DNA from: Octopus sinensis
Lineage: Eukaryota
Direction: 5' to 3'
Length of the DNA stretch: 64,000 nucleotides
NCBI RefSeq assembly: GCF_006345805.1
Contig: NC_043006.1
Span: forward strand, 98,952,001-99,016,000
Numbering within the stretch: the first letter of the stretch is position 1; every line of letters begins with the position of its first letter. Both the position numbers and the translations under genes were made by a program. Positions 1-14,885 of this stretch are shown here, in pieces. Under the pieces are notes generated by a model that made no database searches, was not told the origin of the DNA, and worked only from the letters and a program-made list of their open reading frames with translations.

Positions 1-1956
1 TTAGTAATATAATATTGTCAATACATGATTTGTGAAGTTTCATACACTCTATAAAAATAATGTTCAAAGGAAAGCCATTCTGCCAACTCAGAAGAGACAC
101 TCAATCTTACACGAACAGTTACACAAATAGGCATGTGCATATGTATAAATATACGTGTGGAGGAACGCGTTTGTGTGTGTGCGTGTCTGTCAGTGTGTGT
201 GTGTGCGCGTGCATGTACATATATACATAGTGTGTATAAGGCTAGTCAACTCTGTTTATCCATATGAGACAATAAGAATAATTTTATGTATACGCATATT
301 TATATTTCATTCCCCATTCCTTTCCTTGTCTATCTCTTCTTGCCGTTTATTCTCCCCCTCTTTCATTTCCTCCGCTGTATCTCTCCTGGTTCTCTACACA
401 GATATTGTGCTTGTGCATGAACACATGTATCGAGAATACCAACTTCTTTAGATCATATTTCTATACATATTATTAAAAGCTGCAGCATTCCAGTAGCGTT
501 TGAAAACAGCTAATAGTGCAGCTCAATAAAAATGCATTGTATGTTTTCTGCAATGCAGTAAGATATGTCTTTATGTTTACAGAATATCAAAGTTTATACG
601 CTAGGCATATTTATAACCGATTTTTAACAGCGAGACTTCCCCTTTTCCTCACATTCACTCTATTTCATGCAATTTTTCTGCTCCCATCTGATCTACTTTA
701 TCTATTTTCTCTCTTTTCGAAACACCATTTCTTCTGTCACCAGTCGACCTCTCTCAGCCTTCAGTTTTCCATAAAATTGAAGATGTAAAATATATTTCCA
801 ATTCAGTTGTGCTCGTGAACATGGTGTATGTAATATTTCATTGCACGTATGCTTTGATAAAATGAAAACAAAGAATATTATAAAACTGTGTTACTTGTTT
901 CAAAGAACTACATAATTTATTTCATTTTCTGAATATCAGGTAATGCCTATTGTATACAAAAATAGCGTTGCATATATCAAATAACTGTCTACTTCATATG
1001 CTATGTATTTATAACTAAACTATTGAAGGGTCACAATGGCAACATATTTTCCTAAATTTATGTACTCAACATGCATAACCAAGATCTAAACAACGAGCGT
1101 GAAGCTACGCCACAGCATTTAGTGATAGTCTATCATGCTTGAAATAACAGCCAAATTAGTATCGAATGATGCGAAAATATTTTCGAAAATTTCGAACAGA
1201 AAATCAGGTACAATAAAGTATGATTACCAATCGAGTGAATTATGTATACGTATATCTCTTGTGTTTGTGCTCATAGGAAAATGAAAACAAATTTCTAGAA
1301 AAACGAGTAAAACACAAATTATGATGTTGGAACAGTAAGTAAGGTATATGTATATTTGTCGGTTTCGATGATGGGATTCAGTTGGTCATTAAATTAGATT
1401 TCCTTTGCATGTGATCGCTGGGTTGTTGACTGAGTATTTCACAGACATGGTGAATTTTACGTAATTTGTTAGTCAGAATCACCCTGATACTTTCTGTGAA
1501 AACACTATTCCTTTTCAATTTTAAATACAGACTAACTGCAGAATTTCCTAGCTGATAATAGAAAACATCTTCTCAAGACGTCATGCAGAAATATAAGCCG
1601 GATCTTCGTAACTGTCAAACGGATTACCAAACAGTTCGACGTTGCTATGTATTAGATTATTGGAAAACGGTTCCGTTGGGTTATACTATTACTGATACAA
1701 GAACACTTACGCTCATTGAAATCTATCTCATTATTATGAAGTCAAGGCCCAAATGATTTACTACTAAATGATTTTGTGTGGAGTCATGTGGTATTATTCA
1801 AATAGAGGTTCTCCCATTTTGAATACAACGATCAACAGTTTGGAGAGAATGTATACTTGACAACTAGTTATCTTTCATTTAAAAAGTAGCATAAAATCAC
1901 TATCAATATTCAGCTACAATACAAGAACAATTATATCCTGCGCTAGGGTGCTGACA

Positions 1957-2040
<84 letters not shown>

Positions 2041-2046
<6 letters not shown>

Positions 2047-2750
2047 AAAGAGGGCATTATTACACATAAATGCCACACGCTAGGAGGGACTTTCAGAGCT
2101 GTATTCGGTACGTTTCGTTTATTTTTGAAAGTCCCTCCTAGCGTGTGGCATTTATGTGTAATAATGCCCTCTATACAATATAAACAAATATTTTCAAGTG
2201 AAAACATTTTCAGATTTTTTCTCTTATGAGGTTTTTCACGCTAACTACTTGATAATTTCTTGTTAAGACTTCTTATTAAGATTTTATCCTTAATTGTTAA
2301 ATTTGTTCCGAATAAACACGTTTCACTCCGAAATGCAGTTCGAAAAAGCCCGCCATTTACATGAATATATGATGAATAAACATTTCCATGTGCTACGATG
2401 GGGGCGACAGTTGTCTGTTTGGTTCCGCTTCGTATGTTGGTTTTGTTTATTTTTGATATGTTTTGAATATGTCTCACTGATTATCAAAAGACGTAGATAA
2501 TACGTTAATTGCGAATTCACAGGTGATCTGGAACAAAATTCTGTTTCTAAATGTCTTGCTTCGAGAGCTGTATTCGGTACGTTTCGTTTATTTTTGGTAG
2601 TAATGACTTTGAAAGTCCCTCCTAGCGTGTGGCATTTATGTGTAATAATGCCCTCTATACAATATAAACAAATATTTTCAAGTGAAAAAATTTTCAGATT
2701 TTTTCTGTTATGAGGTTTTTCACGCTAATTACATGATAATTTCTTGTTAA
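2041..2750 (+). mobile_element. Small non-coding element with PLE-like architecture: 55-bp inverted arm plus direct repeats 2095-2266 / 2564-2750, in (TA)n
   Basis: 2041-2095 is the reverse complement of 2126-2180 (1 mismatch). The second direct copy carries an extra 14 nt (ggtagtaatgactt). TA tracts at 1958-2042 and 2752-2821. Confidence 0.65.
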
Positions 2751-2751
2751 T

Positions 2752-2823
<72 letters not shown>

Positions 2824-3842
2824 CACCAGACAATTTTCTTATCTTTACATGCCGTTCAAATATAATCCACCAGGGCTTATTTAAATTACCATGACGTGTT
2901 CAGAGTGAATTTTTTTAATTTTATTTTGTATGACAGTATGAAACAAAGAATAATTTTGACGCATAGAGAAAAAGACACAGAGTTGGCTTTCCGAGAAACT
3001 AGAAACGGATTTGAAAATAAAAAGATGCATTTCACTTTTATATGTGAATGTTAGAGTACATGTCAGAGAGGTGAATAATCATTTTTGAAATTTATATCGT
3101 TTTAATTGGACAAAGTGGAAGGCTTAGAGATCTGATAAAGCATCTTCAAGCATCCTAGTAAAATAGTTACCTATACAAAACGCTGATAAAGTATAACAAA
3201 GCAATGTAAGGGAGATTGTTAAATGCAGAAATAAACAAATGTTGATATTTACATTCAGTTAAAAAGCGCAACAATGAATTTGAAATTAGTTGAATAATTG
3301 CAACACAAATCTGTTAGAATCATATACTAACGCCCACGCAAAAAAAAACTGAAATAACAATGTATTTTATTTTGTTCTCTTCAAGTAATTTAAATTTTAT
3401 TACATTAGTTTCTCGCATGGATTTTAGTGTTTCGAGGTCGAGAAATACGTTGGGCTCTTAACATGAAATCTCACACACGTATTCATCAACTTACTTGAGG
3501 GTATAGTAAACCCAACGTAAAGCTGCAATTCTGTACATCTCTCGTTATTTCAGGCCTTACAAGATATTACTAGGCATTTGTTTCATACTGTAGGAGCTGA
3601 GGTTCATCCTGGCCAGTCTGCCACGTGACAAATACGTAATTCGTTGAACATAAATTTGCGCTGAGTTTGGGAAAATGCGAGAATAAATGAAGTGAATACT
3701 TTGAAAATCTGTAACACAACTTACACCTCGATCCTATCGATGTCCTTTACTTTTTATCATTACGCACTCGATAAAATTGGGAGGTAAGATCAAGGGTAGA
3801 TGTCATCTTTCCTTCGTAATTGCTGGCCATGAAGCAAAACCA

Positions 3843-3921
<79 letters not shown>

Positions 3922-3925
<4 letters not shown>

Positions 3926-4295
3926 AGGTTTTTGGATAATTTTCGGTTTTTAAAAGTTGGCATTTTTTTATTACCGGCGAAGGGCTGCGCCTGCGCAGTA
4001 GGTTTAAAAAAAATAGGATGTATAAACTAGAGGCACATAGTTGATCGCCTCGTGTTCATAGATTTAACCCAAGATGTTCCTGTTGAAGACGATTTCACCT
4101 AGGCGGGTATATGTTATTTAATTGCTAAACTAAAATCAGAAACCAATTGGTCCAGGAAACAAGATGGCAAAATTTTATCATTTTTTCATTTCGTTCCTGT
4201 CGAATTTTATCCCTAATTTTGTGGTTAGCTGTTCATTCTAGCGTGTTGAATCCCACGAGTGTATACCTTATGTGTTTTAAATGTACACTGTATTT

Positions 4296-4298
<3 letters not shown>
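3922..4298 (+). mobile_element. TA-flanked insert, probable solo PLE pLTR with a degenerate HHR at 4077-4158
   Basis: TTCCTG-TTGAAGA-cGATTT...AAATCa-GAAA-CCAATTGG-TC-CAGGAA. Stem I is 6 bp and stem III ACCAATTGGT is palindromic. (TA)n lies on both sides. Confidence 0.65.
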
Positions 4299-4334
<36 letters not shown>

Positions 4335-4341
4335 CATACAT

Positions 4342-4451
<110 letters not shown>

Positions 4452-5350
4452 CACACATATATATATATATATTTATATATGCATACACATATGGATACAC
4501 ACAACAAACACACACTCATACAGCACACACAACACATGAGCACACTACGCAATTCATTCCTCTTTACATTTTTACTTATAGCAGTCATGACACTGCAGCC
4601 CTCCTGGGGCTTTGAAACGCTTCACTCGTTTTAATCACAAGTGTTACAAATTTTAATTAGATGAATTTTATGTTCATCTCTCACATATTTTGCCAGTCGT
4701 CTGAGTTACAGAGCGTAAATTCACTAAAACCCCCTCTCACACAAAATACTCTCACACCTACACATATACATACAAACGAGCAGAAGTATATTCGATGTAC
4801 TTCTATACTCGTTCCTATTGAAGAACTTTTTTGCAAAATGTTGGTCGTCTTTGTACTGTAGGAGCCAGTACGCGCAAGAAATGACGTGCCGCGGGACAAT
4901 ACATAGGCTACGTTGTTGAAAAGAAAAATTCTTAACCACAGCTCAATATTTGCTCCTTAACATGTGTACACGATATGCAAGTGGTTATAAAAACATAAAA
5001 TCTCTAGTGGTTAGTATTTTAATCGAGCTAAATTTGCATTTTACATTTTACCATCCTTTTTCTGCAACAGAGAAAATATATCCAACGAAGTTTGTTGGGT
5101 ATTCTCACGGATTCAATGCTAATGAACAAATAACCTATTATAAAATACGTATATCTATCCCATATCATCTCACTTGTAATGCACCTGAAATTAATATGAT
5201 AGTCTAATGATAACGAAGTATATCTGGAGTTACCATCGCAACTGTCACCCAACATTACATTACTTATTTCTTATTTTTACATCAATCTTATTTGTCATAT
5301 ATACGCCGCACTGTGTGCGCATTTTTCATTATGATAACGATAACATTAAA

Positions 5351-5746
5351 GGAGTGGCTCTGTGGTAAGTAGCTTGCTAACCAACCACATGGTTCCGGGT
5401 TCAGTGCCACTGCGTGGCATCTTGGGTAAGTGTCTTCTGCTATAGCCCCGGGCCGACCAATGCCTTGTGAGTGGGTTTGGTAGACAGAAACTGAAAGAAG
5501 CCAGTCGTATATATGTATATATATATATATATATGTATGTGTGTTTGTGTTTGTCCTCCTAGCATTGCTTGACAACCGATGCTGGTGTGTTTACGTCCCC
5601 GACACTTAGCGGTTCGGCAAAAAGACACCGATAGAATAAGTACTGGGCTTACAAAGAATAAGTCCCGGGGTCGAGTTGGTTGATTTAAGGCGGTGCTCCA
5701 GCATGGCCGCAGTCAAATTACTGAAACAAGTAGATGAGTAAAAGAG
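5351..5746 (+). mobile_element. tRNA-derived SINE family A
   Basis: A/B-box-like head (tggctctgtgg..ggttcagtgcc), body ccttgtgagtgg.tttggtagac.gaaactgaaagaagcc, tail gactgaaacaagtaaaagag. Other copies at 32100 and 53999. Confidence 0.88.
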
Positions 5747-6189
5747 AGACGCCATAAACGGGACTATATAGAACGGAATATATTTTAAGTTTTCATTTGT
5801 CATAATTTCCATAATAAAATCTAATATATTTGATTATATGATCATCAGGTAGTCGTGTAGCACTGATCGATTTTACCCTAGGCATACGTAGTAGTTTCAC
5901 GATCTATGCCTATTAAAAATACTAATTTTCTCACCCTCTTGATAACTTTTCTATTTTATATGAGATGGCACAAGAAGTTAGCTACTTATTAGTAGCGTTT
6001 GGAGATTGTGGAAATCATTTTAACATTATATTATGTATTTATATTATTGTTTGCCAAAATCGTGACACTTTATTTCATTGCATCAAACTTATATTTTCTA
6101 TGTTTTATATATAACAGTAATCTCGTCTGCCGTATTTCATCTGTCATGCGATCGAATTTTGAAATAATTATCATATTATAACAGCGTAA

Positions 6190-6390
6190 GAGGTGAGCTG
6201 GCAGAATCGTTACCGCTTAAGACAAATTGCTATTCGGCGTTTCGTCCATCTCTACGTTTTGAGTTCGAATTCCACCGAGGTCGGTTTTACATTTCATTCT
6301 TTTGTGAGTCAATGAAATAAGTACCAGTCGGACACTGGAGTCGATGTAATCTCTACTGAAATTACTGGCCTTGTGCCAAAAATTGAAATC
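6190..6390 (+). mobile_element. tRNA-derived SINE family B (degraded)
   Basis: ggtgagctggcagaatcgtt head; gagttcgaattcc B box; gaggtcg..ttt.catttcat core. Confidence 0.8.
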
Positions 6391-7419
6391 GATAGTATAA
6401 CTGTCACTGCTGATGGTTCTGCCAGCTTGCCGCTTTTATAGTGATGCTGACGTTTATGACAACAGCCCAACAAAATGCAACACATGCCCAAACTGACGGA
6501 CGTTGTATGTTATCGGGAAGTTAGTTATTTTTACCTGAATCAATGAAGAACTTTGCATTGATGTGCCCTGCTAGAAGTGGTAACCAAAGAACTTTCGAAC
6601 AAAACAACGAGGCAGCTATTACATTTGAAAAGGTATGAATGTTATCCACAAGTTGTTCTTTATAAAATGCAATGTCAGGGAGCTTTTTCAAGAGATGCAG
6701 AAAATGTTAATGCCATATATGCAATAATATTTTTGGGAGAAAAGATGTTTATAATGAAATTTGCGTTTCAGAGACTTGCATTTGTTTGTACTTTGCATGC
6801 ACATAGTGCTCATAGATTTATCGGCAGTCTACATACAACTGATAAACACTCGAGCAAACATGCAAATGGATACTTTGACACTGAGAGATTGATGAGGTCT
6901 TTTTGTCAATATTCCTTGCATTCATATCAAAATGGCATTAACAGCAGAAGGAATAGCTTAAAATTTAACAGGACATAGAAACTTAAAGTAAATATGCAAA
7001 TTCTGAATGCGTCAAATCATTTCAATATATTTAATTGCTTATCTCAACATATCTAAGTAATTTTTTTAGACGATCATTTGAATCGTAGTCAGTAGTTATC
7101 GCTTCAACATTGAAATGAAGAACAAGAAATGTGACTGCGAACCTATTCATGTAATTTAAAGAACTGAGAATAAAATAATAGCTACTTAAAAGAAGAAAAA
7201 TCTAAAAAGGCATATAATAAAAATAAAATTTAAAAATACAAAGTTAAAATCTGAAACATTACTGGCCCTTATACGATTATCGATTTCATGATACTCATTT
7301 ATTTATTTCACTGTTCTTTATTGCAACATTCAAACCGTTAAAGGAGAGAAAACATACACGTGCTGTTCGCAGCTCAGAGCAACTAACATCTGACTATACA
7401 TCTATCCATGCATAAATAC

Positions 7420-7726
<307 letters not shown>

Positions 7727-8742
7727 GCAGACATACGTATACATTCATAAAACATCGAAAGCCAATTTGAAAGTTATACCAATGGCCAATAAAACGAACG
7801 TGTTAACCAGATTCTGTAATTGTAACAATACTTTAGTGACAAACAATCGATGAAACAAAAATCAGAATTTATTGGGCGCCAACATATTCAAAACACCATT
7901 TGAAATTGAAATAATGTATGCCTATATTGAGCATGATATTGTAGGTGGTAACATTTGTGAAAAAGAAAGAACAATATGAACGTCGATAGGCTGTTATCTG
8001 CAATGGCTGCTGTGTATAAATGTTATAACTAGACAAAATACAATGAAAATAAATCGAATGTGGAGTAATATACTGCTATTATATAATTGATTTTATATAA
8101 AGTTCAGTTTTCTTTCCAAATTCAATGTATTATAAACATTGTTCCAATCATGTTTTCTAACACCGATATAATGGTAAAAAACAATATTATTCTCAATCTA
8201 TTGATTTTCAATGACATGTACATTTCACCTTTTTGGAGTAACATTTTCCAAAACAAGGTATATTAGTGCAAAAGCAGAGCAATATAGAATGATGTTGTAT
8301 GTCATAATAGCACAAGTTGATTCAATGTTTACGCTGGAAATACAATGGTATCACAGCTATAAAATTATATTCGAATAGTTATAGCAATTTCTTCGTTCAG
8401 GTCGTATAGATATAATGCTATTTATGACGTTGATATAAAAACAACAATGTAGTTTTTATGTAAATAGCAGAGAGGGGGTATACGCAATGTCTTTCAATAT
8501 TTGACGCCATAGACTCCAACAAATTATTTCTGATTATTGTTGTTATATTATTCATGGTTAACTGTTTGTTATTTTGATTTCAAATTTGGGAAGACTATAA
8601 AAAATATATAATATATATAAATGTATACAAACACCCCCACACACAAACACGCATATATGTATATATATATGTGCGTGTGTGTGCCTGTATATATATATAT
8701 ATAATATATATATATATGTGCGTGTGTGTGCCTGTATATATA

Positions 8743-8780
<38 letters not shown>

Positions 8781-8798
8781 ATATATATATACATATAC

Positions 8799-8847
<49 letters not shown>

Positions 8848-8876
8848 TATATATATATATATAGAGAGAGAGAGAG

Positions 8877-8914
<38 letters not shown>

Positions 8915-8934
8915 ATGTACATGGATTGGCCAAA

Positions 8935-9900
8935 ATCAAAATAATGGAAATACCTTAAAATTTCAAAGAAATTTATTTTAATATGAGGTAGGACCGCCTT
9001 TTGCAGTAATTACAGCTTGATTTCTACGAGGTATGGACTCGTACAAAGTTTGAATTGTTTTCAAAGGAATTTTTCTCTATTCTTCTGCTAAAACAGTTCC
9101 CAGTTCTTGCAGTGATGATGGTGGATGATATAGATTCTTTACTTGTTTTTGTAAAATGCACCATAAATGTTCGATAATGTTGAGATCTGGGGACTGTGAA
9201 GGCCAGATAAGATGTTCAACGTCACTAGAAAGTTCCTCGTGCCATTCAGTAACAACTTTAGCTGTGTGATTTGGTGCATTATCATGCTGAACTATTGCGT
9301 TTCTCTCCGGAAACAGTTCCGTAAATATAGGATGAAGTTGATCAGATAACATACTTAAAGAGTCTTGACTATTAATTCTGCCATGAGAGGAAACCATTGG
9401 GCCGGCGAATTTCTATGATATAGCAAACTAGATCATCACAGATACTCCATGTTTAACATTTGGAAGAAGGCAGTCCGGGCCAAATGCTTCTTTTGGTTGT
9501 CTCCACACGTATACTCAGCCGGTAGTCGGAAATAAGGTAAAGGAAAATAACATTCTTCCACTGCTCTAGGGACCAATCCTGAGGTTTTTGCTCCAGTCTA
9601 TACGCTTTGCAATGTTTGTTTATGAAAGGAGTAGTTTTCTGATTGACGCTCTCCCGTGAAATCCGGCTTTGTCTAGCGAACTGTTTTTGTGGAAACTGGG
9701 TTCACGAGGTGGTCATTATGGTCTGCAGTTTGTGTGTGTGTACCGTGGGAATGAGTGTGAGCACGTGAGTGCACGGGGGTGTATGTGCATGTATGTATAT
9801 ATTGGTAATTGCAAGTGATTGACAGATTGTGTTCTTGAAACATAGCGCATAATTTCACTGTTTCATTTTGCACAAACGAGTATCAAGCGGTATACAAAAG
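8935..9900 (-). mobile_element. Tc1-family (DD34E-type) transposase remnant
   Basis: QHDNAPNHTAK, WPSQSPDLNIIEHLW, then TLYESIPRRNQAVITAKGGPTSY*. Upstream frames are broken (VYVWRQPKEAF). Confidence 0.88.
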
Positions 9901-9995
9901 TGAAACATTGAGCGCACTAGTACCATGTAATACAAGTCGTTTAAACTACGATAGACGTATTCCAATAGATCGACGACGATTTCATGTAAGTAAGA

Positions 9996-10231
9996 TACCT
10001 ATTTCTTTACTACCCACAAGGGGCTAAACACAGAGGGGATAAACAAGGACAGGCAAACGGATTAAGTCAATTATATCGACCCCAGTGGGTAACTGGTACT
10101 TATTCAATCGACCCCGAAAGGATGAAAGGCAAAGTCGATCTTGGCGGAATTTGAACACAGAACGTAGTAGCAGACGAAATACCACTAAGCATTTCCCCCG
10201 GCGTGCTAACGATTCTGCCAGCTCACCGCCT
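9996..10231 (-). mobile_element. SINE family B
   Basis: Reverse complement of ggcggtgagctggcagaatcgttagcac...gactttgcctttcatcctttcggggtcga. Confidence 0.88.
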
Positions 10232-10849
10232 TTAAATACGAACAGATATCCTTGTACGTAAGATACCGGTGAAGAGATTCTCTTTTACAGTATATCATTG
10301 CTTGTCGCTTATATAAATCAAATAAGCCATCTCTAATGGGTGTTGACAATCCAGTAAATTTCTGGCTGTGTTCAATGATTTTCTCGTAACTACCTTCAAT
10401 CGTTCTTCCGGCTCATTTTTGCCTTAATAAATCTGGGTATAATTAATAGTAGAAAGTTAATCTTGAAACATGTAAAAGCTAATATTACTGTTTATTTCCA
10501 TGCAAGTTAACTTAGTGGAACTATTCTTTTATCGAGTCAGTGTGCCACCATATTGGTACGTGGATATATGTTCGTATTTAAAGTATTAACATAGTTTAAT
10601 TACGTTTAAATCTATTTCGAAGAATATTGAATTTCTCGGTGTTACATCTATTGGCCTTGCAACTATCATTCAAATTAATTTTTCAATACTGCTTTTTGCA
10701 TCACTACATGTGCAATTCTAAGTTTTCAGGCCTTACGGTTATACGTTATGTTGATTTTCACTGGATTTTGCTTTTTTGCCTTCCAAAAAGTGCAAAAGAG
10801 TGTGTCTTACAGATAGAGATCACACCGGATTACCGCCAGGAAGATTTGT

Positions 10850-12620
10850 AACTGACGTAGGGGCAGCATCAGTCTGCGTATTAGTAATCAGAATAAGCAA
10901 GTCTACTATCAAGAGGGCCACAGATGTACCGCCTGACAAGGTACAACGGTTAGGTAATAAGTAATTAAAGAAATACCACGTGCATTCACCACCTTTCCTC
11001 GACACATTTCTGAATGAGACTGCCAACCTCTTTCGAACATTCCAGTTCTTGTTCACCTGGAGGTCATGGTCAAACCAGATTTTGAGTAATTTCACTCGTC
11101 TGTTTGCTGACCTACTATTCTCCTCTTAGGCCTAGTTTTGCCTCTCCAGTTGCCGAACCGCAGGACTACCAACTCCTTCAGATTTATCTTTTAAAATTGA
11201 ATCTACTAATGAACATCCCCAGAGTATAACACCATAAGTTTGATATCATCCACATATACCGACACAACAGTCCTGCATCTTAGTTCGAAAGGAAGACTTT
11301 TCAAGAGGTGTAGCTGCCGCAGCAAAGTTTCGAAAGCCAGAACGTATAGAATAGATGAGAAAGGACACTCCTGACGGACCGAGCACGAGATATGGAACGG
11401 CCCAGAGAGGTGGGCGTTTTCTTTAATTATCAAGCAGTCGGTAATGTACATTGCTGCGAAACAGCAACTGAAAATGGGTGCGAATCTGGGTTTCATAATA
11501 TCGCGATTGCTGACCTTAACGAAGGCTTTCGACCGACCAAATTGATGAGAGACTCACGGACACCAGAGTTCCTTTCTATTCTATCTATGATATAACGCAA
11601 AATTTGGAGATTGTCGAAAATAAATCTATTGGGTATTGCACGGGTTTGCAATTCTCCGATGAAACTCTCCATTACATGCGTCAACATTTTACTAACACCT
11701 TGGCCCATATTTTAATCTCTGTATTTAGTAGGATTATGGTCGAGATTGCAGCAGATTTACAGCAGGTCGTCTATAATATACTCTCCATTGGCGTCCATTC
11801 TCAGCAAATTTAACGCACCACTGCTACCAGACATGCGATTTCTTCCGTTTTGCAGCCATTAGCGATAGATATTTTCCATGATATCACAAAATAGCTCTGA
11901 TATATAAACGTAAAACTCGTAGGGCCGACTATCCAAACCGGCCGATTTCTCCTTTGCACAACTAATCAAGACATGCCGTATCTCAGTTGCTATTATTGAC
12001 TTTTCATAGAGCTTAGTCACATATTCCGAAATTTGCAGCAGGCCGTCATGGTACTAAAGTCCATAATTCATTGTGAACTGTAGCTCTACCTGAAAAGTTG
12101 TACAAAGTGTGGCTGGAAAGCCTCGCATATTTGCTTGGTTTAGTGCAGGACCCACCATCCTAGATCTGTGAAAGAGTGAACTGCGGCTTTACTTCAACAA
12201 CGCCAACCCACCGGAGGACTTATGCTCCTTCTTGTTTTAGTGTACGACCGTTAGATCTGCCACGCAGCCTATCACGTTATTCACGATGCCATATCTAATT
12301 GCTACTTCTAGTTTAACTTGCTCTTCCTCTAATCTTTTTCTCGTTCACACTGTGCTAAATATTGACATTTAAACTCCTTCTTCAGTAATCCCAAACGCCT
12401 GTGATTGATCATTGGCCTGTCAGATGTCATTTACTTGTCAGATAATCCGGTCTCTTTAGCCTTTTCGCCACAGGAAAAATGCGTTCAACTTTCAGCAGCT
12501 GGGTCCCAGTCTATGTTGCATGAGGCGTGTTTGAAGGTCAGGAATTTGTGGACTGCGTAGCTGATCGGTTTAAATAATGAATGCTCTAACATGTCTCTAT
12601 CAGTTGATTTAACGAATACT
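10850..12620 (-). mobile_element. Tx1/L1-clade LINE RT remnant
   Basis: Broken frames: KSAGLDSRPYEFY, ILLNTEIKIWAKVL, FDNLQILRYII, VRQECPFSSILYVLAFETLLRQL, YVDDI, VKLLKIWFDHDLQVNKNW. Confidence 0.85.
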
Positions 12621-12649
12621 CTAAGAACGATCTGGAAGACCTTGGCTCT

Positions 12650-13140
12650 TATGACGTAAATACCAACACGAAGTAACTGGTATGAGGATGATGTATAACT
12701 TACAGTTATGCAGGAGGATAGAAAAGCAACGATACTCTGGGTATATGATTTTCAGACGGATCGTTTAATTGAGCACCGTCGGCCGGATATTGTCATATTG
12801 AGTAAGAGAATCAAATACCTTCAGATTTTTGATGTAGCTATACCAAATGACATGAATGTTGAGAGTAAAGAGGTTGAAAAAATCACCAAATACTCCGAAC
12901 TGAAAGTGAAAATGGCATAACTGTACGGAATGCAAAAGGGTAATTTAAAAGTGATACCATTGAAACTTCAAGACTTCTTAAGGCAACTAGAAATCCCATG
13001 CAAAATTGATGTCTTGCAAAAAGCAGCCTTACTGGGCACAGTACACATCTTAAGGAAATTATTATCTGTCAGAAGTCATTGTTTTGTCTTGCACTCCGGT
13101 GCATTGTTACCTACACTGAGTTACGAAAGAATAATAATAA
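12650..13140 (+). mobile_element. 3' end of an RLE-type non-LTR retrotransposon (R4/Dong-like), ending in a short (AAT)n
   Basis: ILW.YDFQTDRLIEHRRPDIV...DVAIPNDMNV..KEVEKITKY.EL...LQKAALLGTVHILRK: PD-(D/E)xK restriction-like endonuclease. Confidence 0.8.
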
Positions 13141-13144
13141 CCTT

Positions 13145-14074
13145 TTTCTTCAGATTATTATTACAATGACAATGCATGGTGCCATCCACACTAAGCCAAA
13201 TGTACACAGCCCCTACATGAAGGGATGTAAGGGTGTACCTGGGCTGGTTAGCGTGCGGGAGTCCATCAAGATTGAAAGAAATAACATGGCGGAATATTTG
13301 GTAAACAGCAAAGAAGACTTGTTTCATTATGCTGCTAGTGCAGAAGGAGTTAACCAAAATGGACTTGAGAGTACTCATAAATTCCGAACAAGTACAGCCA
13401 ACGAGAGAGAAGAAACCCAACTCCATGTGGAATTACATGGTCAGTTCCGTCGGGAAACAAACAAATTAAAAGACCCGAAAGCATCACGAAGGTGACTCAA
13501 AATGAATACTGAAAGCCTAATCAACGCGGCCCAGGACCAGGCATTGAATACTAACTCAGTGAAAAAGAATATATACCGCACAAGTGCATCGGACCTCGGC
13601 AGAATGTGAGGGAAGAGGATCGAAAGTGTGACTCGCATTGTTAGTCTTTGTGAAAGTCTTACGCAGAAAGAGTACAAGCGTAGACATGACAACGTATCCC
13701 CAAACCTCCACTGGCCAGTATGTCGTAAGTATGGATATGAGGTTATGAGTGCTTCTTACCAACATACACCGGAAAGGTAATGGACGAAAAGGGGAAGGCG
13801 AAAAATCCTCTGGAGCTTTGAGTTCCAGACAGACAAAGTGTTAGAGCAAAGGAGTGCATTGGGTTCAATACCAACCAATCTGAAAAAGCATCTGAAAAGC
13901 TTAGAAATACCCTACAATCTAGATGTATTGAAAAAATCGGCATAGCTTATGACTGCACGCATATTGCCAAAGTACTCTCTGAGTTTGTGAATTGGCAAAG
14001 AGTACAAACCCCCTGGAGACAATATCTTCTATCAACAACAACCTCACGATCTCGTATACTGTGCGACGACTTTT

Positions 14075-14075
<1 letters not shown>
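13145..14075 (+). mobile_element. Second R4/Dong-like remnant (RT C-term, CCHC-like region, truncated RLE) followed by a long (AAT)n
   Basis: LHGQFRRET, TESLINAAQDQALNTN, KEYKRRHDNV..NLHW.VC.KYG, KILWSFEFQTDK, LGSIP.NL.KHL..LEIP. Confidence 0.8.
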
Positions 14076-14375
<300 letters not shown>

Positions 14376-14624
14376 AGATAATAATCGACATTACTCTATC
14401 ATTCACTGTAATTTATGAATTATTTTCCTGTATCCAATTTTGACTGGCTGGTTTCTTTAATAATATTCCATGATAAATCTGTTGTTGCTTCAAGTGACTT
14501 CCGAAACTTTGGAAAACAACATAAATAACAGCAAGACTATCTTGCGGTATACTGGAGCTTTTGTGATGCGAGAGGTATGTACCTCACGATCCGGTCTCAT
14601 TAACGGAGTTGTTGATAACAATTT

Positions 14625-14885
14625 TCTTCTTACCCAGCGTGCGTAAGCGAAAGCAGTGTATTGTAATCAATCGTCTTTGCTTGTCTGTGTGTTTGAAAAA
14701 TAGTGAAAAGCGGCTGAACACATTTTCACCATATTTGAGAGAAAAGTTCATTGAGTGATTGGCTCGAAAAGATGAACACTTGGACTGATTATCTGAAGAA
14801 AAACAATATTTAAATCGCACTTTCAAATTTTTAAATCAGAATATGGTCATATTATTTTGTTCGCGGGATTTTTCATATGAATCGA
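14625..14885 (+). mobile_element. Possible Helentron-associated/DINE-like non-autonomous fragment
   Basis: ttacccagcgtgcgtaagcg...tgcttgtctgtgtgttt...aaagcggctgaacacattttcacc pattern; resemblance from memory only. Confidence 0.3.

Noticed and set aside
4763-4920. Possible exon: minus strand with good splice sites, or plus-strand SIFDVLLYSFLLKNF resembling GPCR TM7
   Set aside because: The two readings conflict, no upstream TM segments were found, and short open frames are expected by chance.
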